DNA of 64,000 nt, taken from positions 8,127 through 72,126 of the forward strand of contig CAUWAM010000006.1 of assembly GCA_963556825.1 (NCBI GenBank). The letters are read 5' to 3'. This DNA comes from an uncultured Clostridia bacterium. Its GTDB lineage: Bacteria; Bacillota; Clostridia; TANB77; CAG-508. A program made the translations under genes and the position numbers. Below are positions 16,155 through 26,351 of this stretch, piece by piece. Below the pieces are notes generated by a model that saw nothing but the letters and a program-made list of their open reading frames with translations, did no database searches and had not been told where the DNA came from. How positions within the stretch are numbered: position 1 is the first letter of the stretch; each line of letters starts with the position of its first letter.

Positions 16155-16925
16155 TTGGAGGACAAATTGAAAGAAAAAATAAAACAAATAATAGATACAA
16201 AACAATTTCATATATGTATGGTTATTTTTATAATTATAGCAATAATATGTGCTGTTGGATTAATAACATTAAAATATAATGTTGAGGGTGAAAATAATCT
16301 TCCATTCGAATTATCTAAAATAGCAGTAATAAGCACAATTGAAGGAAATGACAATGAAGATGTAAATAATAAGTGGAATTTAACAGTAAATCAAAATAAT
16401 GATATTTATTTATATATAAAAAAAAATGGAAACTATAAAACAACAGAAGCTATTCATAGTATTACTTTAAGTAACTTTACACAAGAACAAGAATCTAAAA
16501 TTGGCGAAAGAAAAATGTATAAACCAGATGCAAAGGCTGATAGTGTATTATTTAAAAATATAGAAGAAAATAGTGTTGAAAAAATAGAATATACAGGAGC
16601 ACTAGATTCAAGTATTAAAGAATTAAAAGTATCAAATCAAGGTGGATTAGTTGTTTTTAGATATGCACTTACAAATGTTGCAAATTATGTGTCAAATGAT
16701 GATATAGAAATAAATCATGGTGAATTATTAAAAAAATTAAATATAAATAATGAAGACTTAAAAGAAAAAATTAGTTTTGATGTTATTTTAAAGTTAGAAT
16801 CGGGAAAAACATTTAAGTCTAATATAAAATTAGAATTACCAATTGATAATGTTGTTGAAAATGGAACACAAAGTAAAGAATATACAGATTTAAAAGATAT
16901 TGTATTTAAAAGAATAAATGAATAA
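16155..16925 (+). CDS. Membrane-anchored hypothetical protein
   Basis: TTG start after GGAGG. One N-terminal TM (ICMVIFIIIAIICAVGLITL), then a beta-rich extracellular part. No family recognised. Confidence 0.65.
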   Translation: MEDKLKEKIKQIIDTKQFHICMVIFIIIAIICAVGLITLKYNVEGENNLPFELSKIAVISTIEGNDNEDVNNKWNLTVNQNNDIYLYIKKNGNYKTTEAIHSITLSNFTQEQESKIGERKMYKPDAKADSVLFKNIEENSVEKIEYTGALDSSIKELKVSNQGGLVVFRYALTNVANYVSNDDIEINHGELLKKLNINNEDLKEKISFDVILKLESGKTFKSNIKLELPIDNVVENGTQSKEYTDLKDIVFKRINE

Positions 16926-16949
16926 TTAAAAAACTTAGATTAAAAGTAC

Positions 16950-16978
16950 TTGCTAAATTTCTATTTACAGTATATAAT
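16950..16978 (+). promoter_or_regulatory. SigA-type promoter of ffs (TTGCTA, 17-bp spacer, TATAAT)
   Basis: TTGCTA 16950-16955; TATAAT 16973-16978. Confidence 0.6.
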
Positions 16979-16983
16979 AGGGA

Positions 16984-17125
16984 TGGTATGAAATATAATC
17001 TTTGTATAGAGGGCAATCCAATAGAGACCTATGAACCTTGTCAGGTCCGGAAGGAAGCAGCAATAAGTAGAAAATCTTTATGTGGAGTGCTCTCTGTAGA
17101 GAGATTAAATTTCACACCATTTTTT
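16984..17125 (+). ncRNA. ffs: Signal recognition particle RNA (small, 4.5S-like form, about 140 nt)
   Basis: Conserved domain IV core ccttGTCAGGTCCGGAAGGAAGCAGCaa. The 5' ggtatgaaatataatct pairs with the 3' agattaaatttcacacc to close one long helix. T-run at 17120-17125. Sits directly upstream of dnaX, as is usual in Firmicutes. Confidence 0.8.
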
Positions 17126-17148
17126 AAGATATAAAGGATGTGAGATAT

Positions 17149-18759
17149 ATGGCATACACAGCTCTTTATAGAAAATTTAGACCTACAACATTTGCGGATG
17201 TGGTAGGACAAGAGCATATAACAAGAACATTAAGAAATCAAATTATTGCAAATAGAGTTGGACATGCATATTTATTTAATGGTGGTAGAGGAACAGGAAA
17301 AACATCTTCTGCAAAAATTTTGGCTAGAGCAATAAATTGCTTAAATCCAAAAGATGGAGAACCATGCAATGAATGTGAAATTTGCAAAGGAGCATTAAAT
17401 GGCTCACTTACAGATATAGTTGAAATGGATGCTGCTTCAAACAATAGTGTTGAAGATATAAGAAGTATTAGAGAAGAAGTAAACTTTTTACCAACAAAGG
17501 CAAAATATAGAGTATATATTATAGATGAGGTTCATATGTTATCACCAGGTGCATTTAATGCATTGTTAAAAACATTAGAAGAACCACCAGAACATGTAAA
17601 GTTTATTTTAGCAACAACAGAACCACAAAAATTACCTGCAACAATTCTTTCAAGATGTCAAAGATTTGACTTTAAAAGAATTTCAAATGAAGATATAATA
17701 AAAAGGTTAAAAATCGTTTGTAGCGAAAGTAATATAGAAATAACAAATTCTGCATTAAATATTATTGCTGTATTATCTGAAGGAGCAATGAGAGATGCTT
17801 TATCAATATTAGAGAGATGTATTCAAGATGGAGAAAATAAAATTGATGAAGATAAGATAAAAGATTTAGTAGGGATTCCTAAAATTGCATTTGTGAATAG
17901 TATAACAGAAGCAATTATAGAATATGATGTAGATAAAGCATTAAAAAGTATGGATGATATTTTAAGTGAGGGAAAAGACTTAAATAACTTTTTATGGGAA
18001 ATTATAAAATATATAAAAGATATTTTAATATATAAATCTTCTAAAAAAGCGGATTTATATAGTGAAGAGGAAATTGCTAATATAAATGTAATTGCTGAAA
18101 AAGTAACTAAAGAAAAATTAGTTAATTTAATTTATCAATTATCAAAATTAGAATCAGATATGAAGTGGTCAACTCAAAAAACTATTATGTTTCAAGCAGG
18201 TATAATAAAATTATGTAGTAACGAATTTGAATTTTCTACTAATATAGAAGAAAGAGTAGATAAAATAGAAAAATATCTAAAATCTGGTAAGGTAGCGATA
18301 AGAACTAGTCCAGAACAAATTTCTTCAACACCTATTAATAATGTATCAAATACTTTAAATACAGAAAGTATACCTGTAAAGAAAACAGAAGTCAAAGTAA
18401 ACACTTCAAAACAGTATTCTAAAGATTTAAATAAAAGTTGGCCAAAAATTGTAAATGATTTAAAGCAAAATGGAAAAATTGTTTTATATACAAATTTAAT
18501 GAATACTAAAGCAGAAGAAATTAATGATATGACAGTTGGAATAAAGTTTCCAAATGGATTATCTGCTTTTGGAAAAACAGTATTAGAAAAACAAGAAAAT
18601 ATTAAAGAAATATCAACATTAGTTTCAATGGCTTGTGGAAAAGAAATGCAAATAAAATATATAACAGAAGCTCAAAATCAAGTAAGACAGCATAGGCCAG
18701 AAGATGATATACAAAAATTAGCAAATCAATCTAATATACCATTTAATGTAATTGATTAA
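17149..18759 (+). CDS. dnaX: DNA polymerase III subunits gamma/tau
   Basis: YRKFRP...GHAYLFNGGRGTGKTSSAKILARAINC, zinc module CNECEIC, DEVHMLS. ATG 17149 is preferred over the tracked GTG 17140. Confidence 0.95.
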   Translation: MAYTALYRKFRPTTFADVVGQEHITRTLRNQIIANRVGHAYLFNGGRGTGKTSSAKILARAINCLNPKDGEPCNECEICKGALNGSLTDIVEMDAASNNSVEDIRSIREEVNFLPTKAKYRVYIIDEVHMLSPGAFNALLKTLEEPPEHVKFILATTEPQKLPATILSRCQRFDFKRISNEDIIKRLKIVCSESNIEITNSALNIIAVLSEGAMRDALSILERCIQDGENKIDEDKIKDLVGIPKIAFVNSITEAIIEYDVDKALKSMDDILSEGKDLNNFLWEIIKYIKDILIYKSSKKADLYSEEEIANINVIAEKVTKEKLVNLIYQLSKLESDMKWSTQKTIMFQAGIIKLCSNEFEFSTNIEERVDKIEKYLKSGKVAIRTSPEQISSTPINNVSNTLNTESIPVKKTEVKVNTSKQYSKDLNKSWPKIVNDLKQNGKIVLYTNLMNTKAEEINDMTVGIKFPNGLSAFGKTVLEKQENIKEISTLVSMACGKEMQIKYITEAQNQVRQHRPEDDIQKLANQSNIPFNVID

Positions 18760-18782
18760 AAAATATAAAGGAGGAATAAAAA

Positions 18783-19127
18783 ATGGCAAAAAGAGGAGGA
18801 TTCCCAGGAGGAATGGGAGGATTTGGCGGAATGAATATAAATAATTTAATGAAAGAAGCCAAAAAAATGCAAGCAGACATGCAAAGAACACAAGAGGAGT
18901 TAGCATCAAAAGAATTTGAGGTATCAGCTGGTGGTGGTGCAATAAATGTAAAAGTAACAGGAGAAAAAATTATTAAAGAAATAAAAATAAATAAAGATGT
19001 AGTAGACCCTGATGATGTTGAAATGTTAGAAGATTTAATATTAACTTGTGTAAATGAAGCTTTAAGAAAAGTTGATAGTGCACAAAATCAAGAGTTTGGA
19101 AAATTCAATATACCAGGATTAATGTAA
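18783..19127 (+). CDS. ybaB: Nucleoid-associated protein YbaB/EbfC
   Basis: 114 aa, MNINNLMKEAKKMQADMQRTQEEL...; follows dnaX. Confidence 0.9.
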   Translation: MAKRGGFPGGMGGFGGMNINNLMKEAKKMQADMQRTQEELASKEFEVSAGGGAINVKVTGEKIIKEIKINKDVVDPDDVEMLEDLILTCVNEALRKVDSAQNQEFGKFNIPGLM

Positions 19128-19155
19128 AGTGAATAATATAATGTGAAAATAATTA

Positions 19156-19189
19156 ATAGGAGTATTATAATAATATTCCTATTTTATTT
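19156..19189 (+). terminator. Hairpin plus T-rich tract after ybaB
   Basis: ataggagtatt / aatattcctat stem (one G:U pair) followed by tttattt. Confidence 0.55.
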
Positions 19190-19285
19190 GCAAAAAATGT
19201 TGAAAAATAATATTTTTGCAAGTGTGATTGCAAAAATATTGACAAAAGAATAATAGAGTGTTATCATTAAGAGGGTGGTAAATAA

Positions 19286-20488
19286 ATGATAATTAGACAG
19301 GCTTATTTAAATTTATTAATTCAAGCTAAAGATACGGAATTTATAAAAGTAATAACTGGAGTAAGAAGAAGTGGAAAATCAACATTATTAAAGATGTTTA
19401 AAGAGTATCTTTTAGAAAATGGAGTAGATGAAAAAAATATAATACATATGAATTTTGAATCAGCAATGTATGATGAAATTAAAGATTATAAAGAGTTATA
19501 TAAAAAAGTGAAAAATAATATTTCTAAAGAGAAATGTTATATATTATTAGATGAAGTACAAAATGTAGAAAAATGGGAAAAAGCAGTTAATTCAATAAAT
19601 ATTGATTTTAATGTTGATATTTATATAACAGGCTCTAATGCATATCTATTATCTAGTGAACTTGCAACATTGTTATCAGGAAGATATATAGAAATAAAAA
19701 TGTTTCCATTATCATTTAAAGAATTTTTAGAATTTAATAATTATGATAGAAATAATATAGAAGATAAATTTTATGAATATCTAAAATATGGAGGATTACC
19801 TGCTATATCACAAATAAAAGACAAAAATGATTTAGTACTGACCTACTTAAATGATATATATAATACAATAGTAAAAAAAGATATAATAGAAAGAAATGGA
19901 ATAAAAGATATAGCTCTTTTGGAAAATATAGTAAAATATGTTGCTTCAAATATAGGAAGTTCAATATCTGCAAATAAAATAAGTGACTATTTAAATAGTA
20001 ATAGAATAGTAGAAAAAACCAATCATCAAACTATAGATAATTATTTAAAGATGTTAGAAAATGCTTTTATTGTGTATAAAGCAGATAGGAGTGATATAAG
20101 AAGTAAAGCAATATTAAAGACTTTAGGTAAATATTATTTGACAGATATGGGAATTAGGAACATAATTTTAGGTTATAGAAATATAGATGAAGGGCATTTG
20201 CTTGAAAATGTTGTATATCTTGAATTATTAAGAAGAGGGTATAAGGTTAATATTGGAAAGACTCAAAATTATGAAGTGGACTTTGTTGCCGAAAATATTG
20301 AAACTGTTAAATATTATCAGGTATCTAGATCCATAGTAGATGATGCGGTAAGGGAAAGAGAATTAAGAAGTTTAGAAAGTATATCAGATAATTATGAAAA
20401 ATCAATATTAACAATGGATAAAACAATAAATAAGGATTATAATGGAATAAAAATTATAAATATAATAGATTTTTTATTAGAAGATTAG
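19286..20488 (+). CDS. AAA_14 / DUF4143-type ATPase
   Basis: Walker A GVRRSGKST, Walker B ILLDEVQ, then a C-terminal DUF4143-like region (YYLTDMGIRN...LLENVVYLELLRRGY); 400 aa. Own TTGACA promoter at about 19241. Confidence 0.8.
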   Translation: MIIRQAYLNLLIQAKDTEFIKVITGVRRSGKSTLLKMFKEYLLENGVDEKNIIHMNFESAMYDEIKDYKELYKKVKNNISKEKCYILLDEVQNVEKWEKAVNSINIDFNVDIYITGSNAYLLSSELATLLSGRYIEIKMFPLSFKEFLEFNNYDRNNIEDKFYEYLKYGGLPAISQIKDKNDLVLTYLNDIYNTIVKKDIIERNGIKDIALLENIVKYVASNIGSSISANKISDYLNSNRIVEKTNHQTIDNYLKMLENAFIVYKADRSDIRSKAILKTLGKYYLTDMGIRNIILGYRNIDEGHLLENVVYLELLRRGYKVNIGKTQNYEVDFVAENIETVKYYQVSRSIVDDAVRERELRSLESISDNYEKSILTMDKTINKDYNGIKIINIIDFLLED

Positions 20489-20578
20489 AATAGTAGATTT
20501 TAAATGAAATATATTGATAAAATATGTAAATTGTGATAGATTATTTAAAATAAAATAAAAATAAAAAGGAGAAGGCAT

Positions 20579-21178
20579 ATGTCACTTTATTCACCATCAA
20601 TAGAAAAACTAATAGAAGGTTTTGAAAGGTTACCTAGCATTGGGCATAAAACAGCTGCTAGACTTGCTTTTTATATTTTAAATTGTTCTGAAGAAGAAAC
20701 AAATCAATTTATAAAATCAATCCAAGATGCAAAGAAAAATTTAAAATATTGTAGTAAATGTTATAATATATCAGATACAGATCCATGTCCAATATGTTCA
20801 AATCCGAAAAGAGATCAAAGTTCAATTTGTGTTGTAGAAGATGTTAGAGATATAATAGCAATGGAAAAAACACATGAATTTAAAGGAGTTTATCATGTTT
20901 TACACGGTTCAATATCACCAATGAATGGAATTGGACCAGATGATATAAAAATAAAAGAACTACTTGCAAGATTAATGGATGGAACTATAAAAGAAGTTAT
21001 ATTAGCAACTAATCCTAGAGTTGAGGGAGAAGCGACAGCGATGTATTTGTCAAAATTAATAAAACCATTAGGAATAAAAGTTACTAGAATAGCACATGGA
21101 ATTCCTGTTGGCGGAGATTTAGAGTATACAGACGAAATTACTTTAACAAAAGCTTTAGAGGGTAGAATAGAAATTTAG
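20579..21178 (+). CDS. recR: Recombination protein RecR
   Basis: HhH N-terminus, C4 zinc finger [16 protein letters not shown], Toprim domain; 199 aa. Confidence 0.95.
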   Translation: MSLYSPSIEKLIEGFERLPSIGHKTAARLAFYILNCSEEETNQFIKSIQDAKKNLKYCSKCYNISDTDPCPICSNPKRDQSSICVVEDVRDIIAMEKTHEFKGVYHVLHGSISPMNGIGPDDIKIKELLARLMDGTIKEVILATNPRVEGEATAMYLSKLIKPLGIKVTRIAHGIPVGGDLEYTDEITLTKALEGRIEI

Positions 21179-21360
21179 CAATTATTATTTTCAGATTTTT
21201 GAGTTGCTATTATTGCTAAATTATCACCTAATGCGGTTACGAAAGCAGCTAAAGATGTTACATCATCTATAGATAAGTTTTTTCCAATAGTTATCGCAAG
21301 ACTACTTGCAAGACTAATCAATTCACAGCTAGATAAATCAGAAAAACACATAAAATACAC
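21175..21360 (-). CDS. Small conserved-looking hypothetical protein (61 aa)
   Basis: AGAGGTG RBS. The sequence ...[39 protein letters not shown] resembles small clostridial proteins of unknown function. Stop overlaps the recR stop by 4 nt on the opposite strand. Confidence 0.55.
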   Translation of the reverse strand: MYFMCFSDLSSCELISLASSLAITIGKNLSIDDVTSLAAFVTALGDNLAIIATQKSENNNC

Positions 21361-21393
21361 CTCTAAGTATTTTATGTGTTTTTTAAATTATTG

Positions 21394-22524
21394 TTAATTA
21401 TTTGATAAACATATTTTACAAATATCTTCGGTAGAATGTTTCTTTGCTAAATTATTGGTGCTTTCTTTCATTTTTTGTAATTTTTCTGAGTTAGAAAGAA
21501 TTTCTTCAAAGATTTTATCTGGATTATCATGTTTTCTAATCCAAATTCCTACATTATGAGATTCTAAAAATTCTGCATTTTCTTCTTCTTGACCAGGAAT
21601 AGGATTAATAATAATCATAGGTAGGTTAGAAGCTAAACTTTCTGAGGTTGTTAGTCCACCAGGTTTTGATACTACTAAATCTGATATAGACATAAGTTCA
21701 GGAACTTTGTCTGTATATTCTAAAATTTTTACAACATTCTCTTTATTATATTTTTTTACTATGGTATTAAGATCTTCTTTCATTTTTAAATTTTTTCCAG
21801 AAATAGCAATAACCTGAAAATCATCGAAATTCTTAATTAAACTTTCAAAAATTTCAACAGTTCTTGTTTTTCCTAAACCAAATTCTCCACCACCAAAAAA
21901 TAATATTGTTTTTTTATCTTTTTGAAGGTCAAATTCTTTTAAAATTTCATCTTTATCATATTGTTTTAAAAAACGTGAAGATATTGGGATACCAGTTGTA
22001 AAAATTTTTTCTGATGATATGTTTTTTGAAATTAAGTAATCTTTCATTTTATTATGTGCAACAAAAAAATAATCTGTAAAATCACTTCCAACAAGCCATT
22101 GATCATGTGGAGAAAAATCTGTCATTATCGTTGCAATTTTTGCATTTATTTTATCTTTTCTTTTTAAATAACTACACATCTGGCTTCCAAATGGATGTGT
22201 TGAAATTATTATATCAGGTTGTTTTTCTCGTAATAATTTCAAAAGTTTTATTGCAAAAATTTTATTTGATCTAGAAGAAATATGTGCTAAAGGACCTTTT
22301 TGGGAATCTGAATAAATTTTTCCCCAAGCCCAAGGAATTTTTTTTGCCATTTCTCTGTAAGCTGCTGTTGTTATTTTTTCTATGGGTTTATTTATGTATT
22401 TCATACAATCAATTAATTCTGTTTCATAATCTGAATAATTTGTATCTATGCATTCTTTTATTGATTTTGCTGCATTTAAATGTCCACCACCATATGATGC
22501 ATAAAAAATTAAAACTTTTTTCAT
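21394..22524 (-). CDS. ugtP: MGDG-synthase-family diacylglycerol glycosyltransferase (UgtP-like)
   Basis: MKKVLIFYASYGGGHLNAAKSIKE... N-terminal MGDG_synth domain plus a GT28 C-terminal domain. ATG 22524 follows AAGGAGT. Confidence 0.8.
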   Translation of the reverse strand: MKKVLIFYASYGGGHLNAAKSIKECIDTNYSDYETELIDCMKYINKPIEKITTAAYREMAKKIPWAWGKIYSDSQKGPLAHISSRSNKIFAIKLLKLLREKQPDIIISTHPFGSQMCSYLKRKDKINAKIATIMTDFSPHDQWLVGSDFTDYFFVAHNKMKDYLISKNISSEKIFTTGIPISSRFLKQYDKDEILKEFDLQKDKKTILFFGGGEFGLGKTRTVEIFESLIKNFDDFQVIAISGKNLKMKEDLNTIVKKYNKENVVKILEYTDKVPELMSISDLVVSKPGGLTTSESLASNLPMIIINPIPGQEEENAEFLESHNVGIWIRKHDNPDKIFEEILSNSEKLQKMKESTNNLAKKHSTEDICKICLSNN

Positions 22525-22684
22525 ATAAAAACTCCTTGCATTTAATTTATATAATTTTAACATAATTTATATTTAGTTGGCAAGTTCTTCAGATGAAATA
22601 AAAAATCTACAAAAATGAAAAAATAGTATATAATTTATAAATTTGTAAAGAATAAAAATAAAATTTTAAATAAAGGGTGATATT

Positions 22685-23158
22685 GTGAAAAAATTATTAA
22701 GGATAAGTTTAATATTATTTTTATTAGTATTATCCACAATTTGTATATTTATTGTGGACAAAGATGGTAAAAATAATGTTTCATTAGCACAAGCAACAAG
22801 TTCGTCTGATATCCAATTAATGGCAAGAGCTATAAATGGAGAAGCAAGAGGCGAACCATACGAAGGACAAGTTGCTGTTGGTGCAGTTATTTTAAATAGG
22901 GTAAAAGATTCTAGATTTCCAAATTCAATATCTGGGGTAATATATCAAGCTGGAGCTTTTACAGCTGTATCTGATGGCCAAATAAATGTTGCAATAAAAG
23001 AGGACTCTACAGTATATAAAGCTGCACGAGATGCAATGAATGGATGGGATCCTACTGGGGGTTGTGTGTATTATTTTAATCCAAATACTGCAACAAATAA
23101 ATGGATATGGTCTAGACCATTAGTTAAAACAATAGGAAAACATAGATTTTGTAAATAA
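22685..23158 (+). CDS. sleB: Spore cortex-lytic enzyme, SleB/CwlJ hydrolase_2 family (catalytic domain only)
   Basis: MARAINGEARGEPYEGQVAVGAVILNRVKDSRFPNSISGVIYQAGAFTAV; GTG start; followed by ypeB. Confidence 0.85.
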   Translation: MKKLLRISLILFLLVLSTICIFIVDKDGKNNVSLAQATSSSDIQLMARAINGEARGEPYEGQVAVGAVILNRVKDSRFPNSISGVIYQAGAFTAVSDGQINVAIKEDSTVYKAARDAMNGWDPTGGCVYYFNPNTATNKWIWSRPLVKTIGKHRFCK

Positions 23159-23183
23159 ATTTTAAAAAGGAAAGGTGTATAGT

Positions 23184-24557
23184 ATGAATAAATTAAAAGA
23201 TTGGGTAGGCAGATTAAGAAAAGGTCATATGTTAAGTGTAATTTGTGTTTTTTTAATTATAATTGCAATTTTAATAGTTGTTTTAATAAGAAAGGAACAA
23301 GAATCAAAACAAGCATCAGAAAATTCTTACAATATGGCATTTTATTCTTTAGTTGATTATGTAGAAAATGTAGAAACATATCTTGCAAAATCGTTAATAT
23401 CAAGTACTCCAGAACATGGGGCAGAAACATTAACAAATGTATGGAGAGAAGCAAATTTAGCTCAAGCATATTTATCAAGACTACCAATAGAAAGTCAAGA
23501 ATTAGAAAATACAGAAAAATTTTTAAATCAAGTTAGTGATTATAGTTATTCATTATCAAGAAAAAATATTTATAATGAAAGTTTATCTGTAGATGATTTG
23601 AAAAATTTAAAAGATTTACACAATTATAGTGTCGAGTTAGAGAATACATTAAATCAATTATCAGATGATATAAATTCCGGAAGAATAAAATGGAATGAAC
23701 TTTCTAATAAAGGAACAATAGCATTTGCACAACAGGTAAGTACGCAAACAAATGATAGTTTTAGTAATTTAGAAGAAAATTTCCATGAATATTCAGGATT
23801 AATATATGATGGAGCATTTTCTGAACATATGACAAGTAGTGAGAAAAAAGGATTAACAGGAGAAGATATAGATGAAGAAGTAGCAAAACAAAAAGTAGTA
23901 GAATTTATAGGACAAGAAAATATAAAAGAAATACAAAATTTAGGATATTCAGAAAATGCAACAATACCAGAGTATAATTTTTCTGTAAAAACAAATTCAG
24001 AAAACGAAATAACAATATCAATTGCTAAAAAAGGAGGTCATATTATTTATATGAACTCAAATAGAACAGTAAATTCCGAAATTATATCTCAAGAAGAAGC
24101 AAACGAAAAAGGAAAAGAATTTTTAAATAGCAAAGGATTAAATAATATGAAAGAAACATATTATTTAAAACAAGATGGTATAGTTACTATAAATTATGCA
24201 TATACACAAGATAATGTTGTTGTATATTCTGATTTAATAAAAGTAAAAGTTGCTTTAGATAATGGGGAAGTTTTAGGAATAGAAACAACAGGTTATTTAA
24301 ATAATCATACCCAAAGAGATACTTCAAAAGTAAAAATTACTAAAGAAGAGGCAAAAAAGACATTAAATAAGGATTTAGAAATAATGGCAGAAGGATTAGC
24401 AATAATTCCGACTGAATATAATACAGAAATTTTATGTTACGAATTTAAAGGAAAAGTTGACAATAAGGAATTTTTAGTTTATATAAATGCAGAAAATGGA
24501 AGAGAGGAAGATGTTTTAATTATAACAAATACTCCAAATGGAACATTGACAATGTAA
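23184..24557 (+). CDS. ypeB: Germination protein YpeB
   Basis: N-terminal TM, YpeB N-domain, C-terminal PepSY repeats; immediately downstream of sleB. The start could also be GTG 23175. Confidence 0.85.
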   Translation: MNKLKDWVGRLRKGHMLSVICVFLIIIAILIVVLIRKEQESKQASENSYNMAFYSLVDYVENVETYLAKSLISSTPEHGAETLTNVWREANLAQAYLSRLPIESQELENTEKFLNQVSDYSYSLSRKNIYNESLSVDDLKNLKDLHNYSVELENTLNQLSDDINSGRIKWNELSNKGTIAFAQQVSTQTNDSFSNLEENFHEYSGLIYDGAFSEHMTSSEKKGLTGEDIDEEVAKQKVVEFIGQENIKEIQNLGYSENATIPEYNFSVKTNSENEITISIAKKGGHIIYMNSNRTVNSEIISQEEANEKGKEFLNSKGLNNMKETYYLKQDGIVTINYAYTQDNVVVYSDLIKVKVALDNGEVLGIETTGYLNNHTQRDTSKVKITKEEAKKTLNKDLEIMAEGLAIIPTEYNTEILCYEFKGKVDNKEFLVYINAENGREEDVLIITNTPNGTLTM

Positions 24558-24592
24558 AAAAGGAAGAGGGGTTCATAGCCCCTTTTCCTTTT
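24558..24592. terminator. Bidirectional GC-containing terminator (ypeB / vanW)
   Basis: aaaggaagagggg-ttcata-gccccttttccttt. Confidence 0.8.
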
Positions 24593-24613
24593 TATATTTT
24601 AACTTTTTTAGTA

Positions 24614-26200
24614 TTAATGTCTTTTATATACATCTTTAGAAATAGTTTCAGTACTAACTATGCGACCATCTCTTTTCAAAGTTTTATAACCTTCTGAATA
24701 AATATAATTAGCATTAGAACGAGTTATTTTTGAAGAAAGAACAACCTCATAATCATTATCAGATTTTAATCCCCAAATTTTAAAATTAGCAATACCTTTT
24801 GAAACAGAACAAGTTATTTTAATTGGGTATTCACGATTATTTTTAAATTTAAAATCAATAGCACCATATACAACAGTTGCATCTCTACTAGCATTTGAAT
24901 AAGATGGAATAAATTGATGGTTACTTCTTTCTATAATTTCTAAATTAGAAAGTAAAACAGCATTATATAATGTAGTAGTTATTTGGCAAATTCCGCCACC
25001 TAAACCATCAACGACTTTACCATTAAGATATATAGGAGCTTCTTTATAGCCAGCAGAAATAGTTCTAGCTCCAACAACTTTATTATAAGAAAATATTTCT
25101 CCAGGCATTAAAACAGTTCCATTTATTTTATTTGCTGCTAATATTAAATTTGTAGTACGATTTTTATCGCTTACTATATAATTAGTTGAAAAATCAGATA
25201 ATAAATCTGGAAATGCTTCAGTACCAATCATGTTAGTAGTAATACTTGGGTAAAGAACCTTTAAGGGTATTGTACATTCGTTAGAATCTGAATTTAATAA
25301 TTTTTTTGCTTCATCAAGAGATATAGCAAAGTCAACACCATTTTCACTTGGGTATACACCAAATGGATTTTGTGTATAGTAAGCATTTACAGGTTCTTTG
25401 TGAATTTCATTATAAATATTATCTAAATTAATTTCAGATGGAGATTGCTCAACTGTTGATACTTCAATAGAATTATTGATATTTAAATTATAAATTTTAT
25501 CTCTAATAATTTTAATAGATTCATCTATATTTACAATATATCCAGTAGTGCCTTTAGTAATTATAAGATTTGTACCATCAATGTAATAAGAACTATCAAT
25601 CATTTTATCTGGTAATTTTGCAGAAATATCTTTTAATTCAGATGAAAGTTGATCTTCATTGATAGAAAATGCGGGTTCTATATTTACATTAAAAATTGCA
25701 GTTTTTATAATGTTAAAATTATTTTCAAAAATATTTCCGTTTCTTCCGATATCATAAGCAATATTTACAGCTTCTTCTATGTTAAAATTGATGTCTATAT
25801 TTGTAGATGGGATTGAAGTTTCGTAAGTATCATGTGTTAAAGTTATTTCTTCTGGAATAGCAGTATCAATTTCTTCAGAAATTTTTTTAAGAGCTTCTTC
25901 TTTTGACAAATTAGATACATCGAATCCTTTTATATAGATGCCTTTTATTGTTTTATCATTTTTAGTATTAACTATTGTAAAAGTACAATAAGCAATTAGT
26001 AATAAGATAATAAATGTAAATGATAAAAATGCAAAAAGTGTTAATATATCTGATGAAGTATTTTTATTGTTGTAATTATTTGGTAAAGGTTTAAATTCTT
26101 CATTTTTAACAATTTTTTCGTTATTTTTCAATTCAATATTTGTAATATTATTATTTGTATCTTCAATTATAGATGTTTCTTCTTTTTCTTTTAATTCCAT
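24614..26200 (-). CDS. VanW-family protein (membrane-anchored)
   Basis: GGGICQITTTLYNAVLLSNLEIIERSNH VanW core; N-terminal TM. ATG 26200 follows AAGGAGT. Confidence 0.85.
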   Translation of the reverse strand: MELKEKEETSIIEDTNNNITNIELKNNEKIVKNEEFKPLPNNYNNKNTSSDILTLFAFLSFTFIILLLIAYCTFTIVNTKNDKTIKGIYIKGFDVSNLSKEEALKKISEEIDTAIPEEITLTHDTYETSIPSTNIDINFNIEEAVNIAYDIGRNGNIFENNFNIIKTAIFNVNIEPAFSINEDQLSSELKDISAKLPDKMIDSSYYIDGTNLIITKGTTGYIVNIDESIKIIRDKIYNLNINNSIEVSTVEQSPSEINLDNIYNEIHKEPVNAYYTQNPFGVYPSENGVDFAISLDEAKKLLNSDSNECTIPLKVLYPSITTNMIGTEAFPDLLSDFSTNYIVSDKNRTTNLILAANKINGTVLMPGEIFSYNKVVGARTISAGYKEAPIYLNGKVVDGLGGGICQITTTLYNAVLLSNLEIIERSNHQFIPSYSNASRDATVVYGAIDFKFKNNREYPIKITCSVSKGIANFKIWGLKSDNDYEVVLSSKITRSNANYIYSEGYKTLKRDGRIVSTETISKDVYKRH

Positions 26201-26351
26201 ATATAACTCCTTAAAAATTAAAAAGATTATAACATAAAAAGACAAAATTTTCTATAATTATTTCATAAAATTACTAATGTAAAAAAAAATTTTTTGCAAA
26301 TAATAATATTAATAAATCTTTAATAAGGTTTATTAGAAAGAGGAGGATGTT

